From Elsinoe ampelina (Eukaryota): 64,000 bases of DNA. The notes beneath the pieces were generated by a model, which saw nothing but the letters and a program-made list of their open reading frames with translations, ran no database searches and was not told the DNA's origin. The position numbers were made by a program, and so were the translations under genes. Position 1 is the stretch's first letter. Every line of letters starts with the position of its first letter. The stretch is from contig ML992509.1 in NCBI GenBank assembly GCA_010093995.1, positions 41,588 through 105,587 on the forward strand, written 5' to 3'. This document shows, in pieces, positions 46,107 through 61,324 of this stretch.

Positions 46107-49100
46107 GATGGCGAAGTGCAGTGCGTGAGGATTGTGAGAAGTCGGAGGGGTGGTGGGACGCGGGTGCTTGTCGATGATGGTGGGGAAAAGATCGGAGTGT
46201 CAGTAGGCCAGAAAGAAAAGCACTCTCTGGAAATGCCGACGGATGTTTCACCGTGCAGGCAGCATTGCTCGAGTTGACGACGGCAGTGTTTCGCCTGGTG
46301 GAGGGATGGGAAAGTGTTGACGTGTAGAGAGCAAAAAGAATCGCAGATGACAGATAGCTTGTGCACGACTGTGGTAGGTCGTCTTTCTTCACGCCTGTCG
46401 GTGCAAGCAACAGAGCAGAGCATCGACCTCGACTTTGACTCGTGGATGCAGGCAGAAGGCTTGTGGCGTAAACGGAGCAGAAGCGGTTAGCTTGGACCGT
46501 CGAGTTAACCTTGAGTTATCGCCTGCGTGATCCACTCAAAACGCTCGACCAGAAAGCCTGGCTTGTTCCTTTTTTCGCCGGCCACGCTTGCCCTCGAAAA
46601 GAGAGGTCCCAAGACGCACCGGAAAGCACGCAACCTTTCATGCAGATGCTAATCAGGCCCCGGCCCGCCTTGACTATCGCCCTCTTGCAGCTCCTGCTCA
46701 TCCACCATTCAACCCGGCTTGAGCCATCCCCGCTAGCCTCGAGAGCCCGGAGCCCGTCCTTCTGGCCCACAACCAAAGGAACATGCACACCTGCAGGGGC
46801 ATCACGCGACGACGCTGTCTCATTCGACGCTGAGAGTGCAGTCCTGCAGCCTTCAGGTCGCCTCAATGGGTCCCAAGTCTGGTCCAGTTGCTTGTCACGA
46901 CCGACCGAGATTTTCCAACCGCTCAACCATCTGCGATCCAAGCAGTGCTCATGTGGTCCACCCAATCCGCTTCCTCTTCCGGTTCCGATGTCGAACCCTT
47001 CGGCACACGCGCAACACCCAAGCCCGTGCATCAGTGGCTCTGGCGCTATGATCGACCTCTATCGATCTTTCAACGGGCATGGATCATAAACAAGTCGCAG
47101 GCCACCTGACTGTTTGAGCCTTTCAATTACGAATTGCAACTTCCAAATCCTGCGACTGCATCATGCGCCACGGTCTACTCGTATCAAGAGATGGAGATAC
47201 AAGCATGTTAAATCATTTGTCGATACGACTCTGATTTCCGTCGAGCATATCTGGAGATACAGGAGAGTGTGACGGGGACCTTGCTAGCCCAGGGTCTCCG
47301 GCCAAACGCTCCTGCCGCTCCACCTCTTTCGAGGGTTCTGCACGACTGGGAACTGCCTTCTCTCGAGTCCATCGTCTGCACGCGGCTTCGACTGCACGAC
47401 TCGGAGAGTTACACAGCCCAGCCATCAATTCACTACATCCGCTTGTGAACAGTACAGCAGAGTAGTCCTGGTCTGACAAATCCACGACCCTTTGGAATCA
47501 GCATCATGAACTACCAGAAGACCATTTGACCACAGTCGAGTTCCTGGATCGACGCCACTGTAGCACAAAATCCCAATGACACGCGGTGCCTGGTCAGAGG
47601 TCAACGGAAGACACTCGGTTCCTGCAGGACATGTCGTGTAACCAGTTCCAGATCTACAAGCGCCAGATCCGTGTGTCACCTACGTGGCATTGGGTACTTG
47701 AGGACTTCTGGCCCGGTTGGTCGACATTTGCTCACCGGATTTCAAATTTCGGTCATGCAAATTTGTTCATCAGTGATCCAGCGCAACAGCAATTCCAGGT
47801 CAATGATATCCAAGAAGGATGATGCATCACTGCTGACATGCAGCTGACAATCGAGGGCCAATCGCTCTTTGTTGTCCTTGGCGCGAAGGATGCACACCAG
47901 CGGCACGGTACATTTCCCGTCAGGACAACATGCGCCAATCGAGTCTCCGAGGACAATACGAGACCCATAGTCAGTATGGTGACGATAACAGAAGAAGCTG
48001 TCCGGTCGTCGATACTCAATGTCGTCTTGCCGTCCCGAGCGGGGAAGTCGGATTGTCCAGCCAGGTCAGGTCACACCGCCATTCCATGGTGATGCAAGAC
48101 CTGCATATATTATGCAGCCTTTCCTCGCCACGCACGCTATCTGGCCACCAAGATCCCAGCGATGTTCAATCCTCCTCAACCATGCTCGCAAGCAGCAGTC
48201 GTGTATGGTATGGGGGAGTGGGTCTTGCAGGCTGGGCGTGATTGACTTGCTCTAACTTCCCAGCACGACAGCTTCTTGCTCGAGCTGTCCGGGAAGATCC
48301 CTCGTTGGTCGGAGATAAGTATAGTGACATGTCGATATGGCGAGCAGCCCCTCCCTAGATGTGACCGAGTTCATCCTTGGACGATCATCGGGCTCTTGAC
48401 AGGCTGCCGATGTGCAGAGAGGTGACCTCGAGCTCTCAGGATGTAGGTAATCCGTCTTCGCGTCGTGTTATGATCCTCGATGAGCGCTTTTGGCGAGCTT
48501 TCAGGGAGTTGTAGTCGTTGCGAAAAGCCTTTAATTTGTCACAGGCTGACGGATCATCGTGATGCACCACTCAGAATCTTCTTGAGAGCTTGATGTTGAC
48601 AATCGGACCATCGGATTTGTCGTTGACTGACAGAAAAGCCATTTGTGTGTCTGGATTGGAGCTCAAAGAATCGCGCGGGATGTTGATTGATTCTCCATGC
48701 ACCGAGAGATATGGAAGATGGCTGCTTGTGCCCATCTCTCCTGGTCGCAAGCCGGAGAAGTAAAGTGTCTGTTGAACATCAGTGTTCGGGAGGAGACGAA
48801 GACAATACTAGTGCTGGCATGTTCGTCAGAGCGTTGTGGTCAGGATATGCTTTGGGTCATGGTCGAGCATAAAATTGAGGCAGTATTGGCTGTTCTGGTA
48901 ACACTTGACTGAAGAGCCAGCCACGAATACGCAAATGGCATTGCAACATTTACCTGGACACCATGGAGTATTCTTCTACCTTTACTAGCTAGCTTGTATA
49001 CATAGAAAATATCATTGCAAATTGCGAGCAAACAGTACATAATTGTGTGAGGAGCATTTGCTTTGACTGCTACACCCATCCCACATTGATCACCATGAGG

Positions 49101-49543
49101 ATTTCTCTCCGCCTCGTGCACTTCCCTCTACAGTCCAAGGCTTAGCGAATTTGGAGGTTGCCGGGGTAAATTGCTTAGCTTTGTATACAATTTCCACACC
49201 TCAAAACTTTAATAATTTATAACTCTACTAACACTGCATTAAATAGGACGTGTAAGAAGCTAAAATGCTTAGAATACTATACGCTTTATATTACTAGAAA
49301 GAAATATGTCAAAAAAGAGACAGAAGGTATATAATAAGGACTAGAAGTTAGTATGTAAATAGCTAACGCTAACGCGCGTGTATATAAAGACCTTATTCGA
49401 AACTAGCACTTTATAACAAAAGATAAAGAAGCTTATAAAGGTACCTATCTAGACTTAGCGCTTATAGGAAACATAGTAAGACTATTAGCTAAGTAAATTA
49501 CGTAAAGAAGTGTCTAAAAAGATTAATTTAAGAACCCTCTACT

Positions 49544-50008
49544 TGTTATAAACTGTCTAAACATAGCCTACATTAGTAGTCTAAGCTAAGCTAAGAACGA
49601 GGTAGTTCTACTTCTATAGTAGTATAGTACTAAGGTAAGAGTTAAAGAAGATATATCTTATAGATAATAAAGTACAATTAGATAGTATTATAAAGGCTAG
49701 CCTTAGCAATACTAGTGTTCGCTATCTAGACAGGGTTAACTATAGTACTTATATAAGGTAAGAACTATTCCTATATATATATATTCTTTACTATATACTC
49801 TATATACTCTATATGCTCCGTAGTAGCGCTACTAGAGAAGATAGAGTATATATCCGCTAGTAATCCTATACGCTCTATAGTTTCTAAGGTAGAGCTACTA
49901 GAGAAGGTAGAGAACTAGGTAAATATCGAGCTAAGTTACGTAATAACCTTAGTAGTTTAATTAGTTCTAACATCTCTATACTCTAGCTTATTCTACTAGT
50001 TTATAACA
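49544..50008 (-). repeat. Gypsy 3' LTR (465 bp)
   Basis: TGTTATAAAC...GTTTATAACA, adjacent to the complement of the polypurine tract at 50009-50025. Confidence 0.95.
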
Positions 50009-50082
50009 TTACTCTTCTTCTTTAATTAAGTTGTCCTAACAAGTAAGTATTCTTCTCTATCTTTACGCGCTATATACTAAAT

Positions 50083-50631
50083 ATGCCTTCTAGTTGTTAA
50101 AGGCATAGTAAATCTAGTATATCTACACGAAAGAATCTCTTAGAGTTTATTAAACTATTTAGAACTAACATGCTATAGGCTTATTCTTGTTACAAATTAA
50201 AGAGGCTAGACTATAAGGTCTATATTTAGTCGGGTATCTATAGCTAGTATATTATAAGTAACTACTTAGGTTATAATATTTAGGTAATAAAATTAAAATA
50301 GTAGTATCTCTAGTCTAAGTATATTCGTTTATAAAAGGAATTAGTTATAGCTAAGGCTACTAGAAAGAAAGCTAAAGAAGCTTATAAAAAGGCAAAAGAG
50401 GCTTATTAAAGAGCTATAGGCAATAAGCTTCGCTTATATAAAGTAATATAGAAACTAGAGAATAAGGTAGAGAAAGTAATTTCCCTAGAGGAAACTCGTA
50501 TTTAAGTTCTAGAGTAAGAAGAAATACTATCGTTAGTAGATCCTATCCTACTATAGAATTAGTAATTATTTATGCCTAACTCCGATTAGAGTTCCTTATT
50601 TAGCAACGATTAAGGTGCTTCTATCGGCTAA
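50083..50631 (+). pseudogene. Antisense extra ORF of Gypsy copy 2 (putative Zn2Cys6 plus coiled coil)
   Basis: ATG at 50083; colinear with 8614-9162. Codon 37 is TAC here and TGC in copy 1, a direct Cys-to-Tyr RIP change. Confidence 0.65.
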
Positions 50632-53600
50632 GTAGTCTTCCTTAAGCATTCTTATTTTTATTTAGTGTTAGTAGCGTCTAGCTTACCTAGTTAGTTTACT
50701 TAGGATAGGTTTTTAGTTTAGTAATCTAGAATTACTTATAAGGTAAGGTATTTCTCTAGTTTCTATATTGCCTTACTATACTAATATCCTTTCTAGTAGA
50801 TAAGATAGTAACGTTTTTCCCTTATAGATTTATAACATAAAACCCTTTTAATCTTATATTATAGCTCCTATGTTTCTTTATCTAGTTTAATAAGTCTAGG
50901 TACTATATCCTATAGTACTTTCTCTAATAGTAATATATAAAAGACTAAGTAGATCCTTATATATCTAGGTAGTTCTAGTTTATATACGTTTTTGTTTTTC
51001 TTTTCTAGGATCTTAAAGGGTTCTAGTTTAGTATAATTAAGTTTCTTACTTAGTTGTTTCGTTTTAATGTTTTTACTAAGGAGGTAAACCTTCTCTCTCT
51101 CCTATAGAATTAGTCTTGTAATTCTCTTCTAGTTAGTAAACTCTACTATTCTTTATAATATAAATACTATATCTTAGTATAGCTAGTTATATAACTTCTT
51201 AATATTAGCTACTAGTCTATTTATATCTTTAGATATTAGCTTAATTCTAAGTATATTATAGTATAGATCTAGGTATATTCTATAGTTTATATAGAATAGT
51301 AAAACTCTATTTATTAACTTTCTATTATTAATAGCAAGCTCTACGAGTAGTAATAGTGTTACTTATAAGTCTTACTTATAGTTTAGATAGTAGTATAGGT
51401 ACTACTCTAGTACTTAATTTACCTATTTAGTTTATCTATTTATTTATAGGTAAAAGAAGGTTAATAGCTTATATTTAACTCCTAGTAGATCTATAAATAA
51501 TTACTAGAATTATAACGTAAATAGCTTATCCCTGTTAGTTATTAGGTCTTATAGTACTCCGTGTTATAAAATAATTATTCGGAGGAAGGTAAAGACTATA
51601 TCCTCGGTAGTTACTATTATCTTATATAGTATAAAATAGTAATACTTTATAAATCTATCTACTAGGACTAGAATGCTATTGTACTTTACACCTATAAGAG
51701 GTTCTTCTAATAGTAGTAGAGGTTCTATAAAGTCTATCATAACTAATTGCTATAGTTTATCTAGTAGTAGCAAGAGTTATAGTAGGCTATATAGTTTATA
51801 TCGAGAGTGTTTAGACTTATAGTATATATCGCATATAGCAATATATGTCTTAATATTATTTCGAAGTTCTTTCTAGAGGTAGTTTTATATAATAAGTTTA
51901 ATAGTCTTATTAATTCTGCTATGTCCCGTAGTTAAGTTATTATAGTGTATTTAAATAACCTCTTTTTTCTATTCTTATATAAGCTTCTAGGTAAGGCTAT
52001 ATAACTACTTTACCTTCGGGTGTTTATAGACTAAAGTGCTATCCTACTACTTTAGTATAGAGGCCTCTATTATTGTTATATTTTTTAAGTAATCTAGCTA
52101 GCGGCTAAGAGCGTCTACTTTGCTATTCTCTAATCCCTTAACATAGTAGATCTAGAAGTTGTAGCTTATAAGTGTTTCTAACTATTAAATCTATTATCTA
52201 TTAAGAACCTTAGTTATTATTTAATATAGAAGGTTCTTATAGTTAGTATAGACTTATATAGGTAAGGTTATTTCTTCTAGGTATACTTTCTATTTGCGGA
52301 ATACTTCTATAATTACGAGTAATTCCTTATTATATATATTATAGTTAAGTTTAGGTCTAGTTATTTTTCGTAAGTAGTATATAATTAGGTAGCGTTATCC
52401 TTCTATATCCTTCTACGCTAGATATACTTCTATTATAAAGTCTAAGGCATCTATTTCTAGTAGTACTTATTAGTCTAAGTTAAAGAGTACTAGGACAGGT
52501 ACTATTATAAGTCTAAGCTTTAGCTCCTTAAAGGCTTACTTACATCTCTCGTTAAAGACAAAGCTAGTTTTCTTTTTCGTAAGGTTAGATATTAGTATAG
52601 CTACCTTAGAGAATCCTTTAATAAACTTATAGTAGTAGTTAAAGAACTCTAGTAGCGCTTAAACCTCCTTAACCGTTGTAGGTTCCGGCTAGTTATTTAC
52701 TAACTTAATCTTCCTTAGATTAGGTCTAATACTATTAGTAGATATAATATAGCTTAGAAATTATATCTTATACTTATAGAACTTGCACTTAGAGAGTTTT
52801 ACTAGTAGGTCTTTCTCTTTTAGTTTCTATAGTACTTTATAAACATGTCCTACGTGTTTATTATATATCTTTAAGAAAATAATAATATTATTTAAATATA
52901 CTAAGATAAAGTTATTAAGGTATTCTTATAGAGTATTATTAATTAACTCTTAGAAGGTTATAGGAGTATTAATTAACCTAAAGAGTATAATAAGGTACTT
53001 ATATAGACTCTATTATGTCCTAAAAGCCGTTTTTTACTCCTTGCTCTCCTTTATTTATACTTAATAATAGACATCTCTAATGTCAATCGCGGTGAACTAT
53101 TTAGCTCTAAGTAGTTAGTCTTAAAGTTTGTTAATCCTTAGTAGGGGATAGTAATTCTTCCTAGTAAGTGTATTAAGTTTCTAGTAATTAATATATATTT
53201 GTAATATTCTATCCTTTTTTAATATAAAAAGCACTTCGTACGTAATAGATAATTTTAATAGTTGTATAAATCCTTTAAGTAAGTACTTATCGATGTAGTT
53301 CTTAAGAATATTCTTCTCTTATTTTGATAGTAGTATAAGACCTTAATATTGTATTAGGGATTTACTCTCTTTAAAAGGTATTTTATAATTCTATAGTTTA
53401 TGTTAGAGTAAGGCTATAATGCCTTCTCTTTCTTTAAATAAGTTCTTAAAGTCTTTATATTCTAGCGGAAGTGCTTAATTACTTACGCTAGCGATAGCTC
53501 TAACTATTAGTCGTATCTATACTATTCTTATAGTTAGTATCTACGGAGCTAATTGTGCTTCCTATGTCCTATAATTACACTTAGGGAATTCGAGTATTTC

Positions 53601-54208
53601 TTTAATCTAGTCTACGTCTAGATTGTGTTATTAAAGCTAGTCTATACTAAGTACTATATTATACTATATGTTAACTATATTAATTAATCGTTTTTCTATA
53701 TATGTTTTAATTCTAATTATAATATTTTATAGTTCCTAAGTAACTTTTCTATTCTTCCCTATAGGGGTTCTATCCGCTATAGTAAGTAAGTAAGGTAACT
53801 CCTTCTAATATTAATAAGGTTTAAGCTAATTAGTAACTATTATAGAGACGTAGCTATAGTTAGCCCCCGAATCTATTATTACTCTTACCTTATTTCTCTA
53901 TATTTAGACTTCTAGTATAAAGTAATTTAACATATAGATCTTTATTATATTAAGGCTTTAGCTAGTGTTATTGTCTTATCTTGTTAGGTAATAACTAGTT
54001 AGTTTTTTATTATTATAGCGCCTTAGATAAGTAGTTAATCCCTTCCCGCACGTATCTATTATTAATATTATATCTATTAGGCTAGTTATATCTTATTATT
54101 GTTTAATATAGTAAGGTAGACTTCTAGTGCTTAAGTTCCTTAATAACTATAAAGTCTAATAATTCTCTATTAGTTATACTAAGTAGTGTTATATACTTAT
54201 ATTAGTAT

Positions 54209-57200
54209 TATTAAGCGGAAGGCACGTTTAGAGGTAGAGTATTATATGGAACTAATCCGCCCACTAGTTAGGTAATAGACGAGTTAATTAATTAAGAAGT
54301 CTATCTACCGAAAGAAAGAACAGCTATAAATCCCTAGGACTTAGCATTATATAACCTATAGTTATATAACCTTTAGGCCTAATTATCTAGAGAGAGCTAT
54401 ATTCTTAACACTCCTACTTAGCTCCTATAGATGAGCTATTAGGTTGATAATAAGCTAAGTTGCTTTATAAACCTCGTAAAGTTCTAACCTTGTAATAGCT
54501 TAGTTAACCTATTAGCTACTATGTCTACTGTCCTTACAAACTTAACCTATATCCTCTAGTCCCTCTATAGCCTCCTAACGTAGTAGTAAGCAACATTAAT
54601 GTGTTTTGCCCTTTTATAAGTATATAGCTCCTTTATAAGTGAAAGAGCTGCCTAGTTATTACTATTAATCTTAGTAGTAAAGGGTAATCTTATTATTACT
54701 TTCTAAGACTCCTTTATAGTTAGCTTCTAAGGTAATTAACTAACTATCTTATAATAGCCTATATCTCTTAGTAACTAAGATAGGAACTGTAATCTCTTTA
54801 TATAAGAGTATATTACTATATATTTAGCCTCTATAGTAGAGGTTAAAACAGACTTCTACTTCCTACTTATCTAGCTAATAGGACTACCTATAAGTATAAA
54901 GACGTATCTAAGAATAGAGACTCTATCTGTCTTATCTAAGGCATAATCTGAATTAGAATATCCCTTAAGAGTCTTATTACTATTTCTCCTAAATACTATA
55001 CTAAGGTCTTTAGTTAATCTAATATATCTTAATATCTTCTTTATCTTAATAGTATAGCTGTCTATTAAATCTGCTATAAACTAACTAAGCCTTCCTAAGG
55101 CAAAGGCAGTGTCTAGTCTTATTAGGGTACTAAGGTACATCTAGCTTCTAATAGCATGTAAGTACTTAGTTCTACTAAACCTTATATCTTTAGTCTAAGC
55201 TCTCTAAGGGAGCTTATTATCTATTAGCTACTTTGTTAGAGTAGCCTTGTTAGAGGTTATATTAAGCCTCTATAGCACATTATCTACATAGTAGGTCTAG
55301 TTAAGCCTTAAGGTTCCTTATTGTCTGTCCCTTATAACCTTAACCTTAAGAACTTTACTAACCTTACTAAGATTCTTAATCTTAAAGATTCTACTAAGCT
55401 CTTGCTTAAACCACTAGATATTCTTTTTACTTTATACTACAAATAGTATGTTATTAATATAAACTAAAAGAATAATCTTCTTATTATAGTATATAAGAAA
55501 ATAGAGGTCTACTTCGCTCTAAGTAAAGCCTAGCTTTAAAAGCTTAAAGATGTAGTGCTAATTCTAATCTCTAGTAGCTTACTTAAGTCTATATAAGCTC
55601 CTAAGAATATAGAAGGTAATACTAGGTTAGACCTTAAGTCTAGGTAGTAGCCTTATGTAAATTACTTCCCTAAGGAATAATTCTATAAAGGTATTATTAA
55701 TATCTACCTAATGACATTTAAGGTTAAGTATACATACGATGGCAAAGAATAGTCTTAGTATATCTACTCTAACTATTAGTGCAAATATGTCTTTATAGTT
55801 AATACTATACTTCTATAAGAAGCCTCTAGTAATAAGTCTAGCCTTAAACTTCTTAATAGAGCTATCTATGTTGTATTTAACATTAAAGACCTACTTAGAT
55901 GTTACTAAGTTTAATCCTTTTAGAGGGATAACCTCTTCCTATATGTTATTTAATTCTAGAGTATTAAGCTCTACATTAATTACTTTCTACTACTTGCTTC
56001 TCTAAACTAGATTAGTAATAGCCTTATAATAGTCTCTTAGAATTAGGATATATTACTTAATAGAGGCTATTATAGTAATCTTATTAACCTTATCTTGCTA
56101 ATTAATACACTTAGCAATAAATGCTCTATAATACTTTACCTTAGGCTCTTTATTATTAGATTCTTTATCTCTTAATCTCTTAAGTGATTAATCTATATAA
56201 TTAGGTAATATAGATTAAACTATTAGCTCTTCTCTACGTTAGAATTCTATAAGGTTAATAGAGTTAACTCTTAGGATCTTGATGTATAAGAAGATTCTCC
56301 CTGTAGGCGCTTCTTACTAAATAGGCTAATCTAATTAGTCTACCTTAGGATTAAGCTAGGCTCGGATCTAGGTTAGTCTACTAATTAGTCTCCTAACTAG
56401 TNNNNNNNNNNNNNNNNNNNNNNNNNNNNNNNNNNNNNNNNNNNNNNNNNNNNNNNNNNNNNNNNNNNNNNNNNNNCTATAAGCTTATCTTTTCTTCTAT
56501 ATATAGGAAGGGACTTTAGGTTTATATAGGTATATACCTTATAGCCCTAGACTCTAATATAATTAACTAATAGCTTAATACCTATGTAGGCCTTAATTGG
56601 TGTAACTTGCTTATTATTAATTATAGGTCTAGTTGCTGTTCTATTCCTTAGATATGTATCTACCTAAACTACTTTAGGCTAGAACTTATTTAGCACCTTT
56701 AAGTCCTTAAGCATTGCTCTTATACTATTCTCTAAGGTTTAGATGTCTTTCTCTACTAGTCTATTCTAGATTAAATTATATAGCTTAGTAGTTGTATAAT
56801 AGATGCCTTCTTAGCGCTCCTACTACTTTAGGATCTTATTAAGCTTACTAGTATTGTCTAATCTAGTGACCTTAACTTTGGCATTACTTTCCTTCTTAAC
56901 CCTTAGCTTCTACTTAATGAGCCTCTATAGAGCTTTATCTCTTGTCTTAAGTGGTATAATCTATGTTATTCTTAAATAGCTGTCTATAAGCTTTAGGAAG
57001 TATCTAAATCCTTCTCTACTTGCTTTAATTAGGCTATAGATATTAGCATAAATAAGCTAAAGAACCTCTAGTCTTCTCTATAAAGTTTTACCTCTTCTAT
57101 TTCTTATCTTTGTTAAGGAATAGACCTTATATAGGATTAACAAATTATAGTTTAAATTAATAAGCTTCTTAAGAGTTATAACCTTATAAAGATCCCTAAG

Positions 57201-59427
57201 CTTCTTAACTCTAAGGTAAGCAAATCTTCTATGCTAGAGTTAGTACTCTATGTTAGAGTTGTTAGGTCTTAAATTAATAAGATTCTTATATTGCTTATCC
57301 TAGGTTAGATATACATACTTAGTGTATAATATAATTACTAGCTAAGTAGTAAGGAATACTATGTCCTAATTGGCTAGATCTAGAATTAAGCCGGGCTTAG
57401 ATCTAAAATACGGCTTTTAATTAGCTAACTACTTAAAGAGGGATTAGATAATATATACCTCCCCTCGAATTCTAGCTTTAAGTAGTAGCTACTTTTATAA
57501 ATTAAGAACAAGAAAAGAATTTAAATTAAGAACTCTAGAAACTCCTAAATCTATATATAGCTTACGATAGGAGACTAAATTAACACTAAGATTAGGTACA
57601 TAAAGAGCCTATACTTTTATCTTATCTCCCTTCTTAGTCCTAATAACTGTAGTTCCTATTAACTATAACTAAAGGTAACCCTCCCTAACCTAGATCTATT
57701 AAGTACGTATCTTGCTTAATAGGCCCCTAAAGAGAGTTAGCTTGTCTATTATATAGTTAGATGCTCTAGAGTTAAGTATCTACTAATAATATAGAAGCTT
57801 ACCTTATACCTCTAATATAGAGCCTATAGTCTTAAGTTTCTCTTTACCTAATAGAACTTTAGGTAGTAGAGTTAAGATTAGAGAGAAAGATTCGAATCGG
57901 CCTTTAGTAGTAGTAAAGGCTTTACCTTTCTTTAACTTAGATACTGCTTCTAGTCTATTAACCTTCTTAGTAAGATACCTAACAAGGGTAATTAGATTAT
58001 TAGAAGCTAATAGAGATCTTCTCCTTCTTAGTAGGCTCTTAGTAATCCTATAGGAAGGCTAAATATGCCTCTATACTCTTTAAAGTTAAGGGCATCTAGT
58101 TATAGTATAACTAGCCTATAAGTAGAGAATGCATATATAGCTTATACTTCTACTAGGTCCTTAATTTAGTCTCCCCCTAGTAAACATAGTAATCTTATAT
58201 TTACTAAGGCGTCTCTCTTCCTCCTTAAGAATAAGAAGGACCTTATCTATGTTAGTTAATCCCCTTGCTTTAATTACTTACCTTGCAAACCTATAGTCGT
58301 TAGAAAGAGAAGAGAGAAGCTACTATAATCTCTCTACTACCCTCTAATAACCCTTATCTAGGTAGACAATAGTAATCTATCTTCCTAGGCTAGCAAGGTA
58401 GAACTAAGCTTTATTAATAATGTCCTACTTATCTATCTTATAGTTCACAAATTAGATAACTAGCTCCCTTACGCTTACCTTAAGGTTTGTTTTATACTTA
58501 GACTTAAGTAATCTCTAATACTCTAATATAAGCTCTTCCTTATATAGCAACTCTTTGTTATCTTATAAGATACACTAGACAACCTAGTACTTAGTAGTTA
58601 CATTAGCCTTTTGCTAGTCCTTTAACTTAATAGGTAGAACTAAAAAGGAGCTAGAGGTGTTATTGGATAATAGTGTTACTAAAGGGGTAGTCTAACTACG
58701 AATAGTCTAGAAGGCATTCTTACTTATAAGGTATATTTCTATCTAGTGGAACTATTCTCTCTAGTTAAGTCTATTAAGCTTAATAACTAGTCTTCTTAAA
58801 GATAAGGACTAATCTTCTATAGTTAGGAATTAAGTTCTCTAAGGAGAAGAGAATCAAATAAATAGATAAAGGTTAAGTTTAGTTAATAACCTCTAGTTAA
58901 TAGTTGTCTATAAGGCTAGCTAGGCCTTAGAGGAAGTTAATAAATCAAATATGTTTAGTTAATCTAGCTAATAAACAGCAGCTATAGTAGAACAATTATA
59001 GGAGTTAAACCTGTGCTAAATAGAAGTGCTATTCCTACTTATTGTCCTAAGTAGTACAATCTTTTACGACTTATAGTATAGTCTACTAGGCTTACTAAAG
59101 GTATCTAGATAGTTAACTATAAGGCGGTAGGGATATTGTAATTCCGCTTCCGTTTTGTTTAAGTAGTAGGCCAACTACTATATATACAATCCTATACTTG
59201 TGCTATAAGCTCCGGGCTTATAACCTATTAAGCGAAAGGCACGTTTAGGGGTAGAGTATTATATGGAACTAATTCGCCTACTAGTTAGGTAATAGACGAG
59301 TTAATTAATTAAGGAGTCTATCTACCGAAAGAAAGAACAGCTATAAATCCCTAGGACTTAGCATTATATAACCTGTAGTTATATAACCTTCGGGCCTAAT
59401 TATCTAGAGAGAGCTATATTCTTAACA
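54209..59427 (-). mobile_element. Ty1/Copia LTR retrotransposon nested in Gypsy copy 2 (RIP-inactivated; contains small N gap 56402-56476)
   Basis: 202-bp LTRs at 54209-54410 and 59226-59427; duplication AGTAT at 54204-54208 and 59428-59432. Minus-strand order is Copia-type: gag CCHC (~58100), protease (W)IL(D)S(G)AS (~57770), (W)HRRFA(H)L pre-integrase (~57225), RT K(W)VF...FKARL(VA)RGF (~55850), RNase H AKHI(D)VAY (~54600). Confidence 0.93.
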
Positions 59428-61324
59428 AGTATAACTATTCCCTCTAGGTATAGCTAGGTATTAACATCGAAGATAAAAGCAAGTTAAGTAGATTTATCTT
59501 ATTGTGTTCTATTCTAGTAATAGGTATATATTATTATATAGTTTCTCTATATCCCTATAAGGTATACTTTAAGTTATTCGTCTAGTAGTAGTATATCGTT
59601 GTTATTATTAGATAAATTATTATTTATATTATTATATTATAGTTGTTTAGTATATTCTTTATTATATTTCTCTTTATTACTACTGTCTCTAGTATAGTTA
59701 TAGTTAGTAAGGCTACACTAAGTATATTTCTATACTTAGCTATAGGGAATAGTACTATCTATTTTAATTACTAAGAAGTCCGTAGTGTATTTAAGACTAA
59801 TAGTCTCTTCTCTAAGTACATTGTGTAAGTAAATAGTATAGTACTATTCGCAATCTAGATTTATACATTTCTAAAGTAATATATAATATGCTTTTTCTTA
59901 TAGTTTACTATAAGAGCTAAAGGTAAGGCTACTATATTATTATATAGTACTTGCGTCCTAATACTTTATCTTAATAATCGTATATTAGTAATTGTTGCTA
60001 ACTACCTTCTAAGGTTAGTTAATGTTACTATTAATTATAGAGAGCTCTTCTAGGTTAAGTTCCTAGTCTAGCTATTTCGTTAGTTACCTACGCTTAGATA
60101 GCTTATATAGAAACTAACTAGATCTCTACTTGTCTAATAAGTAAATATAATAAGAGTTATTGTAATATACTATCTATAATAGCGTTACGTATTAGCTTTA
60201 TTATTCGCTATTAGTTGTAGAGATATTAAGCGTAATATCTAGAGAGAATTCTATTATCTCTTAAGTCGTCGTAGACTTCTTCTATATTTCCTTACCTACG
60301 CTAAAGATCGTTAGGTCTTCTATAGTAGTGTTAGCCTTTTTCTCTACTAGCTTAGTAACTATTATATATAATCTATTAGCTAGCGCCCCTTGTTAGTAGT
60401 CTCTAGCCTAATACCTAGGTCTTTTATACTTAAAATATAGATTGTCTCGTCTATACTTCTCTTTCTCTTTTCTACTAAGGAACTTTCCTCTACGACTTTA
60501 GCCTTGTACCTATAAGGGGCAACCTTCGTATATAGCGTTAAGTTCTATAGAGTCTCTATAGTTTCGAGAGGAACGTATATATCTAGTATTTACCTTATAT
60601 CCTCTATAATGTTCTATATGTCGTTTATAAAGTTAGTTATTAATAGTAATTATAGTATCTACTAGTTCTTAGAGGCTATTAGGCAGCTCGAGTATTATTT
60701 AGTCTTTAACTAAGTCGCTTAGTCCTTAGTAGAATACTAAATGTTTAGTACTATTATTCTAGTCTAGGTATATTATAAGTTATTAGAACTAGGAATAGTA
60801 CTAGGCTATAGACCTACGTTATTATAGTTATCGGATCTTTATTGTAGTAATATATTTCTTATTAGATACGTTAAAGACTTACTTAATCTTTGCCTAGAAG
60901 ATACTAAAGCTCTTAAAGATAGCCTTTATATCTAGGCCTAGTTATCTATCTAGATAGCCACTTATATACGGCTTAAACTATCTAAAGGCGGCGCCTTTAA
61001 GGTGTATCCCGGTATAGAGGACCTTTGCTACATCGTTAGTATACTTGTCTCTCTCTAGAGTAAAGAAGACTTTAAGTTAAATAAGAAAGTGCCTTAAGTA
61101 GGCGTAGTCCCCGTAGAAGAGTTCTACTTCTAACTTAGGCTTACTCTGTCCTTCCTCTATACTAAGAGACCTTCTATATTTACTCGAGGTTAAACTAGTA
61201 GTAGACATGTCGTTAATAGTAAGCTTTTCTAGCTTACTAGCGATCGAAAATGCTAATAGTAACTTAGAGCAAGAGTTACTTATTAACCTCGTAGCGTGCT
61301 ATACTATAGTAAGGGTAGTTAAAA

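Noticed and set aside
46400..49100. Short ORFs in the ~3-kb region upstream of HMT1
   Set aside because: No coherent exon chain or motif; treated as intergenic or highly decayed sequence.
11560..49130. Island as cargo of a Starship-like giant element or a secondary-metabolite cluster
   Set aside because: No tyrosine-recombinase captain and no PKS, NRPS or terpene synthase; the content is mostly conserved housekeeping genes.
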